Assembly (NCBI GenBank): GCA_044345405.1
Contig: JBIJBE010000003.1
Coordinates: forward strand, 64,001 to 128,000
Direction of reading: 5' to 3'
From: Bdellovibrionota bacterium
GTDB lineage: Bacteria > Bdellovibrionota_C > UBA2361 > OMII01
DNA: 64,000 nucleotides
Position 1 is the first letter of the stretch; each line of letters starts with the position of its first letter. Below the pieces are notes generated by a model. The model did no database searches and was not told the origin of the DNA. It saw only the letters and a program-made list of their open reading frames with translations. Positions 29,601 through 40,160 of the stretch are shown in pieces. Position numbers and translations under genes: made by a program.

Positions 29601-30815
29601 ATGGCGTTCGACGAAAAAACAAAACGACTCATTGAAAAGACAGAGGCATACGCCGCGCATAACTACGCGCCCCTGCCGATCGTGATTGAGTCGGCCAAAG
29701 GGGTGTGGGTAACGGATGTTGATGGGCATCGCTACCTCGATTTTTTAAGCGCGTATAGCGCGCTCAACTTCGGACACTGCAACGAACGGATCGCGAAGGT
29801 CGCGCACGCGCAACTCGACAAAGTAACGCTCACCTCGCGAGCCTTTTACTCGGAGCAGTTCGCGCTTCTCTCGGAGGATCTCGCCAAGTTCTGTCGGAAG
29901 GACAAGGTTCTCGTAATGAACTCAGGCGCCGAGGCGGTTGAGACCTCGATCAAAGCCGCGCGTCGATGGGCTTATGACGTCAAGAAGATCTCAGAGGAAA
30001 AAGCCGAGATTATAACGTGTGATGGAAACTTCCACGGTCGAACGACGACGATCGTGAGTTTTAGCACCTCAGAGGATAGTCGGCGCGCGTTTGGCCCCTA
30101 CACTCCTGGGTTCACAAGCGTTCCGTTTGGCGACGCCACCGCGGTTGAGGCCGCGATTACGCCTAATACCGCGGCGGTGATGGTTGAGCCCATTCAAGGG
30201 GAGGGGGGTGTTATTATCCCGCCAGATGGATATCTAGCGAAGGTGCGGGAGATCTGCACGCGACACAACGTGCTGCTCATCGCCGACGAGATACAAACCG
30301 GCATGTGTCGGACCGGAAAGATCTTCGCGTGTGATCACGAGAACGTTGATCCCGATATTGTTATCCTCGCGAAGTCGCTCGGGGGCGGTATCGCGCCGAT
30401 CTCCTGCATCGCCGCGAATGACTCCGTCATGCATGTATTTTCCCCGGGCTCGCACGGATCAACGATGGGAGGCAATCCCTTTGCCTGCGCCATCGCTCGG
30501 GAGGTAATCGCTATCATCAACGAGGAGAAACCCCACGAGCGAGCCGCGGAGCTTGGAGCGTACGCGGTAGAGCGCTTGCGAGCTATGAGGTCTCCTATCG
30601 TGAGAGAGGTGCGCGGTCGAGGTCTCCTTATCGGAATCGATATCGATCCCGCCGCTGGTAGCGCCAAGGATTTCTGTAAGAAACTCAAGTACGAGGGGCT
30701 GCTCTGTAAGGATACACGGATGCAGACCCTTCGAGTCGCTCCTCCGCTGATCATTACCAAAGAGGAGCTCGATCTTGGGTTGGAGAAGTTTGAGCGGGTG
30801 TTGGGGGCGAGCTAG
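29601..30815 (+). CDS. rocD: Ornithine-oxo-acid aminotransferase
   Basis: AHNYAPLP, DFLSAYSALNFGH, LTSRAF, ADEIQTG. Confidence 0.93.
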   Translation: MAFDEKTKRLIEKTEAYAAHNYAPLPIVIESAKGVWVTDVDGHRYLDFLSAYSALNFGHCNERIAKVAHAQLDKVTLTSRAFYSEQFALLSEDLAKFCRKDKVLVMNSGAEAVETSIKAARRWAYDVKKISEEKAEIITCDGNFHGRTTTIVSFSTSEDSRRAFGPYTPGFTSVPFGDATAVEAAITPNTAAVMVEPIQGEGGVIIPPDGYLAKVREICTRHNVLLIADEIQTGMCRTGKIFACDHENVDPDIVILAKSLGGGIAPISCIAANDSVMHVFSPGSHGSTMGGNPFACAIAREVIAIINEEKPHERAAELGAYAVERLRAMRSPIVREVRGRGLLIGIDIDPAAGSAKDFCKKLKYEGLLCKDTRMQTLRVAPPLIITKEELDLGLEKFERVLGAS

Positions 30816-30828
30816 GAACCCTGTGGAG

Positions 30829-30920
30829 GGGAGGGCGACCGTCCCCGGTCGCCGTGTGGTTTTATCACCTGATTTTTTTGGGCATGAAATATTTCGGCGA
30901 CCAGGAGTGGTCGCCCTCCC
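30829..30920. repeat. REPIN-like element (family A, no insert) between convergent genes
   Basis: First 30 bp identical to 27019 copy; ends TTTCGGCGACCAGGAGTGGTCGCCCTCCC. Confidence 0.85.
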
Positions 30921-30945
30921 ATGTGCCGGACGCTTTTTTCGCCCC

Positions 30946-32052
30946 CTACGCAATCCCCCGCAACGCCCGATCATCTCGGCACAGCTTGCCGAACTCGTTC
31001 GCGAGGAAGTCGGTCAGTGAGATGTCTTCGGCTCGAATGAAACCTGACTTCTTCCCGATCGCACCTGAGAGAAGGAGATCGATAGGCGCGCATATTCCCG
31101 CGGCGGTTGTCACTTGAATGGCGCTAAAATGTTTTCCACTCACGATCTGATTGTACACACAACTCGCGTAGGTCTTTTGAGTTCTCACCCCTTTGAGAGT
31201 GCCTGACGCCTCAACAAAGATGATGCATTTATCCTGTCCCGTCGTTGGGATGCTTCGCTCAAATACCTGCTTGAGTCCGTCACGATCGTTGATGAATTTA
31301 AGGTCGTGAAGAAGGAATGACACAAACTCTCTGTGTCCCGGATAGCGGATCGTCTTATAGTTGAGGTCGCATACCTTCCCATGAAGCGCGTCGGCGAGGG
31401 TGCCGAGCCCACCCGAGGTATTAAACGCCTCGTACTCATCTCCATCAAATGAGAATTTCTCGAGGCCCTCGAGCGCTGGCACCGTGAGCTTGACGCCCCC
31501 CTGAATAACCTCGCACGGATTGCAGTACTCATTGATCAATCCGTCGGTAGACCATGTGAGGTTGTACATCAACCGATTCGTGGGATACATCGGAAGCGCT
31601 CCGACTCGAAGCTTGAGTGAATCCACCGAATCTAAGAGGCCGACCAGATGCGCCGCGGCAATGCTGATAAATCCCGGAGCGAGTCCACACTGCGGCATAA
31701 AGCAGGAGCGCGAATTCTGTGAGAGTTGCGCGATGAATTTCGAGGTCTCCACGTCCTCAGTAAGGTCCGCGTAGTGAATTCCGACGTCGTGAGCCGCTTG
31801 GGCGACAGCTCTGTTGCAAAAGAAGGGAAGGGCGCTGATGACGATCTCGCAATCAGCGAGAAGTTTTCTCAATGAAGCGGCGTCATTGAGATTGACGAGG
31901 TGGGCTTCGCAGCAGCTCTTATCACGAGCGGCGATCTCCGCTCGTTTGAGGTCGAGATCGCACACCTTAACCTTATACCGTCCCGAGGCGGCGAAGAGCG
32001 CGGTGATGGTCTCTCCAATTTTTCCAGCTCCGATGAGCGCGACAGTTCTCAT
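30946..32052 (-). CDS. Saccharopine dehydrogenase / lysine 6-dehydrogenase family protein
   Basis: GAGKIG, DLTEDV, PQCGLAPG, YNLTWSTDGLINEY, YKTIRYPGH. Confidence 0.9.
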   Translation of the reverse strand: MRTVALIGAGKIGETITALFAASGRYKVKVCDLDLKRAEIAARDKSCCEAHLVNLNDAASLRKLLADCEIVISALPFFCNRAVAQAAHDVGIHYADLTEDVETSKFIAQLSQNSRSCFMPQCGLAPGFISIAAAHLVGLLDSVDSLKLRVGALPMYPTNRLMYNLTWSTDGLINEYCNPCEVIQGGVKLTVPALEGLEKFSFDGDEYEAFNTSGGLGTLADALHGKVCDLNYKTIRYPGHREFVSFLLHDLKFINDRDGLKQVFERSIPTTGQDKCIIFVEASGTLKGVRTQKTYASCVYNQIVSGKHFSAIQVTTAAGICAPIDLLLSGAIGKKSGFIRAEDISLTDFLANEFGKLCRDDRALRGIA

Positions 32053-32315
32053 AGCGTTATCTCTAGGGGTGGGACATTCGCCAGTGTTCGCGTCTCAGCC
32101 CCTCAACTAACCGTTCTTTTTGTTAGATTCCCAACCATGCTCCCTCGCTCCGGGCGCACTCCCAGTATCAACCCTAAATCAGTGAGAGTGCCATGAAGAA
32201 CTGCCATCGGTGCCGCCGGAGCTCCTTGTCTCAGGGGGTTACGAGACTCGAGCGCCGACGCGCTCGCCTCGGTTAGAACGGTGATTCGGTGGTGGTAGGG
32301 GTTCTTCCCGCGCCG

Positions 32316-34565
32316 CTACGATCGACCCATCGCCCGAGGGGACATAATCTCTGATAGCGCGAGCTGCTCCTGAGCAACCGAGAGGGGCAGGGCGTATTTG
32401 GAGCGTGAATGCTCGATGCACGCCTTAGCCGAATTCTCGCTCGAGGAAGCGGTCTCTACGTTGAGCGTGTATCCAGAGAAGGCCTCAAGGATCTCGCCGT
32501 CGATACTCATCTTCACGTAGAACTCCCGAAGTGGAAGGTTCATGAGATCTTCGGCGCCGAATCTCGGCTTAAATTCTTGCGCGACAACCGCGGCGTCCTG
32601 CGCGCCCACCCGGAAGCACACGAGGTTCGCCACGTTTCCGAAGATCGTCTGCTTGACCGTTTGAGGAAGCTGACCGAGGAACTGATTGGCGAAGGTGAGG
32701 CAGAGTCGATATTTTCGGGACTCGCTCAAGATCTCACCGAACGACGGTGTGGCGAAGTTTTGAAATTCGTCGACGTAGAAGTAGAAGTCTTGTCGAGACT
32801 CCACGGGAATATCAGCTCGTGACATCGCGGCCTCGTAGAGCTTCCAGATGATCAGGGAGCCGAGAAGGGACGCGTTCTCAGCGCCGAGCAAGCCCTTTGA
32901 TATCTTGAAGATCACTATCTTTCGAGAGTCGATGAAATCACGGAAATCGAAGGTGTTCGTCGGCTGACCGAGGATGTTTCGAATCATGTCTGTCGCGAGC
33001 AGCTCATCGAGGCGATTGAGAAGCTGCGATACAGGACCTTCCTCGAATTCTTGGCGACGGGACGGAAACTCAACTTCCCAGAATCGACGAACTGATTCGT
33101 CGGTGCTGCGCGAGACAACTTCTCTGCGGAATTCATCATCGGAGAGAAGACGCCGAAGAGAAACGATACTGGCACCCGGAATGTTGAGGAGCGCGTTGAT
33201 AGCGTATCGCAAAAGGTGATCCATCTTATCGGACCAGCCATCTCCGAACACTCGCTTAAAGGTATCTAAGAAGCTGAGCATGACTCGAACCTTGAGGTCC
33301 GGTCGGATCGGGATCATCGGATTGAAGCTCGGAGGGTGCTCAAGATCACTCGGGTCGAAGATAACCACATCCTTGAGTCGGTGCTTCGGAATCGTCTTCA
33401 AGATCTCATCAGAGAGGTCTCCATGAGGATCGAGCACCGCGCACCCGAAGCCGTTGTCGATATCGGATTTCACGAGGAGCTGAAGGAAACACGATTTTCC
33501 GTTTCCTGACTTGCCAAGAACGTAGAGATGCCGTCGACGGTCGAATCGCCGTAAGCCGAACGGCGTGCTTTGATCTCGGTAGTTGGTGATTCCACAAAAA
33601 CTGATCTGAGGATCGTTTGGCGTTGAGGGGAGGTTGCGTGGTGGTGGCGCCTTTCGAGAGAGCACGATCGACGTATTGGGTAGCGTTCCCGTGGTGGGAG
33701 GGTGCCACAGCGTCGTTAGCTCAATGGCGGACACCATGAAGGGGCTGTGGAACCGCCGTTGTTGCATGAGCTTAATGGCGGAGGGTCCGTAGCGAAGGGG
33801 GCGAGTCTTCAGCCGATTCTCGTCCGCGGTGTTGAGGTATTTCACGGCATGGGTTGCCGCTCGTACGTGATGAGCGAGGCGCGCCTTGAGAGACGCGGCG
33901 TCGTTCTTTGTCGCGTCCTTCGGAAGATCCGCGAACGCGGTCACTCGGTAGTTGATCATGAACAAGCGAGAGAGGCACTTCTCTTTAACGAGTTTCAAGC
34001 TCTCATTAGCGATATCGCGCTTAAGCCACGTTCGCGTCCGGAAGAAGCGGCAGAACTGCTCGACCTTTCTTAGCGCTCCTAACTTCAAATGCAGCGCGGG
34101 GGTGTCCTGCAGTGGGCGGACGATGACTTGGAGGAGGACGTTTTCGAATTCCGAGATCCGAGTAAGTGTTGTGACGACAGGCGCCATGCTGTCCCACGCG
34201 AAGACCCTGTAATTTTGAAGGGGGTATATGTCTGGCAACTCCAAATCGAGGTCCGCGCTTACCGCCATGGTCCGATCGGTGGTCTCTTCGGTGTAGTCAT
34301 CGATGTACTGAATCTCGACGTCAGCCCACCACCCGTAAATCGCCTTGGTAATGAGCGTTAGTGTCTCCTCCTCGGCCGCGATGCAGATGTAGACGATCGT
34401 CCCTTTCGCGTAGAGCTCAAGGGAGAAGGGCTCCCTTGATTGCTCCGCGATGTTGTTGAGCTGATTGAGGAAGAAGTTCGCGGTAACCAGGCTCCACTTG
34501 GTCATCTTCATGGCCTCGCCGATGGTTAAATTGGCTCGGGGGACGTGGATGAGGGCTACGCGCAT
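32316..34565 (-). CDS. HerA/TraG/VirB4-like (T4SS coupling-type) ATPase
   Basis: DRRRHLYVLGKSGNGKS (Walker A), DPHGDL, YVDEFQNF (Walker B), LSESRKY, ANQFLGQL. Confidence 0.85.
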   Translation of the reverse strand: MRVALIHVPRANLTIGEAMKMTKWSLVTANFFLNQLNNIAEQSREPFSLELYAKGTIVYICIAAEEETLTLITKAIYGWWADVEIQYIDDYTEETTDRTMAVSADLDLELPDIYPLQNYRVFAWDSMAPVVTTLTRISEFENVLLQVIVRPLQDTPALHLKLGALRKVEQFCRFFRTRTWLKRDIANESLKLVKEKCLSRLFMINYRVTAFADLPKDATKNDAASLKARLAHHVRAATHAVKYLNTADENRLKTRPLRYGPSAIKLMQQRRFHSPFMVSAIELTTLWHPPTTGTLPNTSIVLSRKAPPPRNLPSTPNDPQISFCGITNYRDQSTPFGLRRFDRRRHLYVLGKSGNGKSCFLQLLVKSDIDNGFGCAVLDPHGDLSDEILKTIPKHRLKDVVIFDPSDLEHPPSFNPMIPIRPDLKVRVMLSFLDTFKRVFGDGWSDKMDHLLRYAINALLNIPGASIVSLRRLLSDDEFRREVVSRSTDESVRRFWEVEFPSRRQEFEEGPVSQLLNRLDELLATDMIRNILGQPTNTFDFRDFIDSRKIVIFKISKGLLGAENASLLGSLIIWKLYEAAMSRADIPVESRQDFYFYVDEFQNFATPSFGEILSESRKYRLCLTFANQFLGQLPQTVKQTIFGNVANLVCFRVGAQDAAVVAQEFKPRFGAEDLMNLPLREFYVKMSIDGEILEAFSGYTLNVETASSSENSAKACIEHSRSKYALPLSVAQEQLALSEIMSPRAMGRS

Positions 34566-34856
34566 GGTGGGAAATGAAAAAAAGAAATTTAAACAACGGT
34601 TACCATTGTACTCGCAAATGAGGGCCTACTGAAGAGGTCTCTTCCCTTGTCACTCCTTCCGGCTTTTGTTCAGTAATTTGAATGTTTTCGGTGAGCTGGT
34701 TCTCATCCGAGTGTAGGGACGGCATCAGAGAGGAATTCAGTGCCTTCTCAAGGCGAGCGGTTCCTAAGTTGTTTATTTTACGACCTTATCTCCTTGAAAG
34801 CCGAATCTATTCCCGTTAGTGTCGTGGCTACGTTCTCAGAGATACAAGAGGTTCCG

Positions 34857-36092
34857 GTGTCGAGCGATGTTACGGATTTATTCATAGGCGGCCCCTTACG
34901 GTTGACGGGGCGGGTGCAGGAGTCGGCATGGGGCAAGGTAGGTCGAAGCTCTCGCATCTCTTCGATGGTGCCCGGACACGCGGAAAATGCCCGGCTCGCG
35001 GAGTTCTGGATCGGTGCGCATCCCAAGGCTCCTTCGCTCATAGAACTTCCGGACGGCAGCACTCTTCCGCTTGACGAAGCGCTCCGCCGATATCCTCAAG
35101 CCCTGCTCGGTGAAAGCGTTACTCGTCGTTTCGGGGCGAATCTTCCTTTTTTGCTTAAAATCCTTTCCGTGAATGGAGCGTATGGGCTTTCCATTCAGCT
35201 TCATCCCACCAAGGAAAAAGCCGCAGAGCTTCACCGTCGTTCCCCTGAGCACTACCCTGATGAGAATCATAAGCCTGAGGTTGGTGTAGCGATCACTCCT
35301 GTATCGTTGCTGTACGGTGTGAAGGGAAGGGGAGAGCTGGCAAGTTTGTTCTCCGCGCTTCCTGACCTGAGACGATTCGTCGGTGATAGTGTTGTCGATC
35401 GAGTTGTACGCGGGGATGGCGCGGGAGACGCTGAGGTTGTGAAGGCGGTATTCGAGACCTGCTTCGCGCTCGACAGCGCGGGGACACGAGCGTGTAATGA
35501 GTATCTCGCTCAGGTGCTCCCCCAGGCGGCGATGCTCAAGGCGGAATCCGCGCTCTTCGCTCGATTAAGCGGTACCTACGGCATGGAAGACCCTGGGCTC
35601 TTCGCGATGCTTCTCATGAATCAGGTTCATCTCGCGCCGGGGCAGGCGATCTTTATCGGAGCGAACGTTCCCCACGCGTACCTTGAGGGTGATCTTATCG
35701 AGTGCATGGCGTGTTCCGATAATGTGGTTCGAGCCGGGTTAACCCCGAAGTATAAAGATGTTGAGACCCTGCTTGAGGTGATCGATTGTTCATCATCACT
35801 GAGCGGGATTTGTAACCCGGTGGTCGGAACCGACGGCTTTGAGGTCGTCTCAACCGCTACCGAGGAGTTTAGCCTCCGTATCCTGCCCAAGGGGGCCTCT
35901 CGCGCGGTCATTCCAGCGAGCGAAGCTCCTGCGGTGGTCTTCTGTGTTGGCAGTGGGGCTACGATTACATCTCATGATACGGGGCGTCGTGTTGACTTGG
36001 TGGATGGGGGGGCCGCGCTCTTGCCACCCCGCACAGGAGCGTATGAGGTATCGACCTCAGAGGCTGCATTGGTGTACGGGACAGTAGGGTAA
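34857..36092 (+). CDS. manA: Mannose-6-phosphate isomerase class I
   Basis: AEFWIGAHP, LPFLLKIL, LSIQLHP, YPDENHKPE, HAYLEG, SDNVVRAGLTPK. Confidence 0.95.
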   Translation: MSSDVTDLFIGGPLRLTGRVQESAWGKVGRSSRISSMVPGHAENARLAEFWIGAHPKAPSLIELPDGSTLPLDEALRRYPQALLGESVTRRFGANLPFLLKILSVNGAYGLSIQLHPTKEKAAELHRRSPEHYPDENHKPEVGVAITPVSLLYGVKGRGELASLFSALPDLRRFVGDSVVDRVVRGDGAGDAEVVKAVFETCFALDSAGTRACNEYLAQVLPQAAMLKAESALFARLSGTYGMEDPGLFAMLLMNQVHLAPGQAIFIGANVPHAYLEGDLIECMACSDNVVRAGLTPKYKDVETLLEVIDCSSSLSGICNPVVGTDGFEVVSTATEEFSLRILPKGASRAVIPASEAPAVVFCVGSGATITSHDTGRRVDLVDGGAALLPPRTGAYEVSTSEAALVYGTVG

Positions 36093-36195
36093 TCGAGGGT
36101 AGTGCGTGAACGGTTTTTTTTGAGCATATTAGAGGCGCTCTCCCATTGAGGTGTGGGGGCGTGGTGTGAGCTAACGTCAACGGAGAAAGGAGCCC

Positions 36196-37626
36196 GTGGT
36201 GCATCAAGGATTACGAGAGGCGGCTGAAATCATGAAGCGAGATGGCCTCCCCGCGCCAGTTGTCGCGAACTTCGAGCGCCTCTTCGAATGTGTTATCCGC
36301 GGAGAGACGGGTATCATCCAGGAGGATGAGATCGAACCCGTGGCCACTATCGATACCCTTGAGGATCTCCTTGCGTCCGGGACCGCCAGCCAAGAGGGAA
36401 TGAAGCTTCTCGACAAATTGGTGGTAGTGCGACTCAACGGTGGTTTGGGAACGACCATGGGGCTTGAAAAAGCGAAGTCCCTCCTCAAGGTGAAGGACGG
36501 CTACTCTTTCAACGATGTGATAGCGCTTCAGCTCCGTGCACTCAGTAAGAGCACAGGGGTAGCGATACCGCTCATTCATATGACGAGCTTCTCGACCGAT
36601 GAAGATGTGCGGCGTGTGATGAGTGAATACGGAGACCTGAGCCCTTCAGGATTGCCAGCGACCTTTCAACAACATCGGCACCCCAAGGTCTACCTCGATA
36701 CCTTAACCCCGGCGAAGGAGTCGAACGAGGATCTCAACTGGAATCCACCCGGACACGGCGATATCTATCCCTCGCTCATGGCAACCGGATTGGCGGAGAC
36801 GTTGCTCGCGATGGGTAAGCGGTACCTCTTCGTCGCTAACGCCGATAATCTTGGGGCGACGGTAGAGCCAGCGATTCTTGGATACCTCGCTCGAACGGGA
36901 GCGCCCTTTTTGATGGAAACCGCTGAGCGAACAAAAGCTGACGCGAAGGGTGGTCATCTCGCTCGACGTCGCGCAACGGGGCGTCTCCTGCTCAGAGAGA
37001 GCAGCCAAGCCCCAACCACGGAGGCGGGAGATATTATTCCGCAATTCCAGGATGTCTCCCTCTATCGACACTTCAACACCAATAACATCTGGCTCGACCT
37101 TCAGGCCGTAGTCGAGGTGGCGCGAACCCATGAAGGGACCGTTCCGTTGCCCCTGATTAGCAATAAAAAAACGGTGAACCCTCGGGACAAATCAAGTCGC
37201 AAGGTTGTGCAGATAGAAACCGCGATGGGCGCGGCCATCGAGGTGTTTGAGGGGAGTCGAGCGCTTCAGGTTCCACGGTCTCGTTTCGCGCCGGTGAAAT
37301 CCAATAACGATCTCCTCGTCGTTCGCTCCGACGCCTATGTCCTGAACCCTAACTACACGATGACGGTAAATCCCGAGCGTAAGGCCGTGGGCTTGCCGTT
37401 GGTTTCGCTCGATACAGCGCACTACGCGTTGATCAAAGAGTTTGAACGGCGGATGAAGGTCGTGCCGTCCCTTGTGCATGCCGAGTCGCTTACGGTACAG
37501 GGTGATGTGACCTTCGACCATCCCGTAGAGGTGATGGGGAGGGTGGTTGTGAAGAGCTCGGATTCGAGCCCGAAAACTATCCCAGCGGATATTGCGCGGG
37601 TTGAGTCTCGGGAGATCGTCCTTTAG
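36196..37626 (+). CDS. UTP-glucose-1-phosphate uridylyltransferase, UDPGP (eukaryote/actinobacterial) type
   Basis: LNGGLGTTMG, WNPPGHGD, NADNLGA, FNTNN, ETAMGAAI, RFAPVK. Confidence 0.92.
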   Translation: MVHQGLREAAEIMKRDGLPAPVVANFERLFECVIRGETGIIQEDEIEPVATIDTLEDLLASGTASQEGMKLLDKLVVVRLNGGLGTTMGLEKAKSLLKVKDGYSFNDVIALQLRALSKSTGVAIPLIHMTSFSTDEDVRRVMSEYGDLSPSGLPATFQQHRHPKVYLDTLTPAKESNEDLNWNPPGHGDIYPSLMATGLAETLLAMGKRYLFVANADNLGATVEPAILGYLARTGAPFLMETAERTKADAKGGHLARRRATGRLLLRESSQAPTTEAGDIIPQFQDVSLYRHFNTNNIWLDLQAVVEVARTHEGTVPLPLISNKKTVNPRDKSSRKVVQIETAMGAAIEVFEGSRALQVPRSRFAPVKSNNDLLVVRSDAYVLNPNYTMTVNPERKAVGLPLVSLDTAHYALIKEFERRMKVVPSLVHAESLTVQGDVTFDHPVEVMGRVVVKSSDSSPKTIPADIARVESREIVL

Positions 37627-37841
37627 GAGTATCGTTTTAGCCGCCCTCGTTTTATCGCTGACGCTGACACTGACGCGGACGTCGCCGTAACTCGCGATCG
37701 AATACGAAAGGGGTCCTACGTGGTCTTCCCATCCCTCCCTGACCAAAAAACCAATCCTTTGCACAGGGCCCACCGCGGTTTACACTTACAGAGAGCGTCC
37801 CTCTGGGCGCCGGCCTACATTTTTATCTGAGAGCGAGCCCT

Positions 37842-39266
37842 TTGGTTACCAACTTCCCCGTACCGCTGACTGACTATGGGGATGAGCACCTACTCGGGTT
37901 ATGGGAGGTGTTGTGGCACCGGGTAGGTGTTGAGCCCCTTAACCTCTTCGCTACGATCATCTTCTTCTGCGCGATCCTTCACACATTTAGCGCCTCGTGG
38001 TTCCTTCGTCTCGCAAAACGGCGAGAGGAGCGGGAGCACATCTCGTGGCTTGAACGATCGGATAGAGGCGAGGAAGGGGAGCCTCCTCTTAGGTTCTTCA
38101 CCGTGCTCCTGCATTATCTCGGGGAGCTTGAGGCGGTATTCGGCCTCTGGATACTTCCCTTAATCGTCGCCATAACGGTGTCGAAAGGATGGGGTGTCAC
38201 GAAGCATCTCCTGGAGCAAACGGTCCATTTTAACGAAGCTGTGTTTGTGGTCGTCATCATGGCGATCGCCTCATCGCAACCGGTGCTCTACATCGCGGAG
38301 CGGGTTCTCTCCACTCTCGCTCGGTTGGTAGGGGGGACTCCTGCCGCGTGGTGGGGAACGATTCTGATCGTTGGGCCGATCTTCGGATCGCTCATCACCG
38401 AGCCAGCGGCAATGACGATCTGCGCCTTGCTCTTAGGGCAGCACTTCTATCGCTATAAACCCTCCAAGACCTTGGCGTACGCGTCAGTCGGCCTCCTCTT
38501 TACCAACATCTCAGTCGGAGGTGTGTTGACGCACTTCGCCGCTCCTCCGGTGGTTATCGTCGCCTCCACGTGGAATTGGGATACCCCTTTCATGTTCGCG
38601 ACCTTTGGATGGAAAGCGTTGGGGGCCGTGTGCTTCTCCACATTCGCCTACCTGTATCTTTTCCGTAGAGAGTTTCAGGCTATCGCGAAACGGGTTCCTC
38701 CCTTCGATGCCTCTCACCCCGTTCTAGAAAAATCTGTGCCGCTTGGGGTAGTGCTCGTGAACCTTCTCTTTATGGCGTGGACCGTACTCAACGCTCAGAG
38801 TCCTCAGCTGATGATTGGCGGGTTTTTATTCTTCCTCGCGTTTGTCGACGCCACTCGCCACTTTCAACGGGCAGTATCTCTCCGTATGCCGCTCTTGGTT
38901 GGCTTCTTTCTCGCTGGGTTGGTGGTGCATGGAACCTTTCAGGTATGGTGGATCGAGCCGCTCCTCAATCGACTCGGTGAGGGGTCGCTTTTGTTGAGCT
39001 CCGTGTTTCTTTCCGCGTTCAATGATAACGCCGCTATTACCTATCTCGCCTCCCTTGTGCCGCACTTTTCAGATGAACTGAGATATCTGGTGCTCTCCGG
39101 CGCTGTCGCGGCTGGAGGTCTTACGGTACTCGCGAACGCCCCTAACCCCGCTGGAAACGCGTTGCTCGCGCGATACTTCGAGGGGGGCATATCTCAAGCG
39201 CTCCTCTTCCTTGCGGCGATCTTCCCACTTGCGGTAAACCTGATGTTCTTCGTCAGTTTCCGGTAA
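37842..39266 (+). CDS. Putative Na+/H+ antiporter (DUF1504-like)
   Basis: Polytopic; GSLITEPAAMT, NISVGGVLTHFAAPP, DNAAITYL, GGLTVLANAPNPAG. Start uncertain. Confidence 0.85.
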   Translation: MVTNFPVPLTDYGDEHLLGLWEVLWHRVGVEPLNLFATIIFFCAILHTFSASWFLRLAKRREEREHISWLERSDRGEEGEPPLRFFTVLLHYLGELEAVFGLWILPLIVAITVSKGWGVTKHLLEQTVHFNEAVFVVVIMAIASSQPVLYIAERVLSTLARLVGGTPAAWWGTILIVGPIFGSLITEPAAMTICALLLGQHFYRYKPSKTLAYASVGLLFTNISVGGVLTHFAAPPVVIVASTWNWDTPFMFATFGWKALGAVCFSTFAYLYLFRREFQAIAKRVPPFDASHPVLEKSVPLGVVLVNLLFMAWTVLNAQSPQLMIGGFLFFLAFVDATRHFQRAVSLRMPLLVGFFLAGLVVHGTFQVWWIEPLLNRLGEGSLLLSSVFLSAFNDNAAITYLASLVPHFSDELRYLVLSGAVAAGGLTVLANAPNPAGNALLARYFEGGISQALLFLAAIFPLAVNLMFFVSFR

Positions 39267-39275
39267 GGAGCTCGT

Positions 39276-40154
39276 GTGACACATCCCCGTTTGAACGTTG
39301 TTGGGTGCGGACGCCTCGGTCAGGCAATCGCGCGTCTATTGATCGCTCGAGGGCTCGTTCAGGAGCTACATCTCTGCAATCGCTCTCAGGAGTCCGGTGA
39401 GCGGGCTGTCGCCGCGATAGGAGTGGGGACGGCGCACCCAACGATATCCGATCTTCCCGCGAGCGCGTTGTGGCTTATCGGGTGCGGTGATCAGGCGATA
39501 GAGGGGGTCGTCGCGCGTATAGCGGAGGAGGGCGCGCTCTTGTCGGACGCCGTGGTCTTCCATTGTAGTGGATTCCTCAGTTCGGATGTTTTGCGGGCGG
39601 TAAAGGAAAAGGGTGCTCACATCGCGAGCGTTCATCCCGTTCGGAGCTTCGCGAATCTTGAGATGGCGGTGAGAGACTTTCCCGGCACCTTCTGCGGCGT
39701 CGAGGGCGAGGCGTATGCCCAAGAGGTTCTGCGGGTGATGTTCACGAAACTTGAGGGAAAGGTGTTCCACCTCTCAAAAGAGGGCAAGGTGTTGTGTCAC
39801 GCCGGTCATGTATTCGCGAGTAATTACCTCGTTTCGCTGCTCGAGTGCGCCAATCGGCTCTACGCTGCCGCGGGGATCCCTGAGGAGCTGTCGTGGCAGC
39901 TTATGGAGCCGCTTGTACGCGGGACCGTTGATAACGTGATGCGGCTTGGTCCATCACAAGCTCTTACCGGTCCGATCGCTCGAGGCGAGAGCGGTGTCGT
40001 CGAGCTTCAAGCCAAGGCGGTCGCTCAACGAGACGCTCTGCTCGGGGAGATCTACGCACGACTCGGCCTCGCGGCGGTCGATATAGCTCGGATCCAAGGA
40101 CTCTCTGATGAGAAGGGCGCGTTAGTTCGACGCGTGTTGGAGAGTGATCGATAG
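39276..40154 (+). CDS. Rossmann-like/DUF2520 oxidoreductase (PanG-like)
   Basis: GCGRLG, HCSG, SVHP, ASNY, ALTGPIARG. Confidence 0.88.
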   Translation: MTHPRLNVVGCGRLGQAIARLLIARGLVQELHLCNRSQESGERAVAAIGVGTAHPTISDLPASALWLIGCGDQAIEGVVARIAEEGALLSDAVVFHCSGFLSSDVLRAVKEKGAHIASVHPVRSFANLEMAVRDFPGTFCGVEGEAYAQEVLRVMFTKLEGKVFHLSKEGKVLCHAGHVFASNYLVSLLECANRLYAAAGIPEELSWQLMEPLVRGTVDNVMRLGPSQALTGPIARGESGVVELQAKAVAQRDALLGEIYARLGLAAVDIARIQGLSDEKGALVRRVLESDR

Positions 40155-40160
40155 AAAACA

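Noticed and set aside
32316-34565. Integrated conjugative element or prophage
   Set aside because: No integrase, relaxase, mating-pair or phage genes nearby, and no tRNA-end duplication found.
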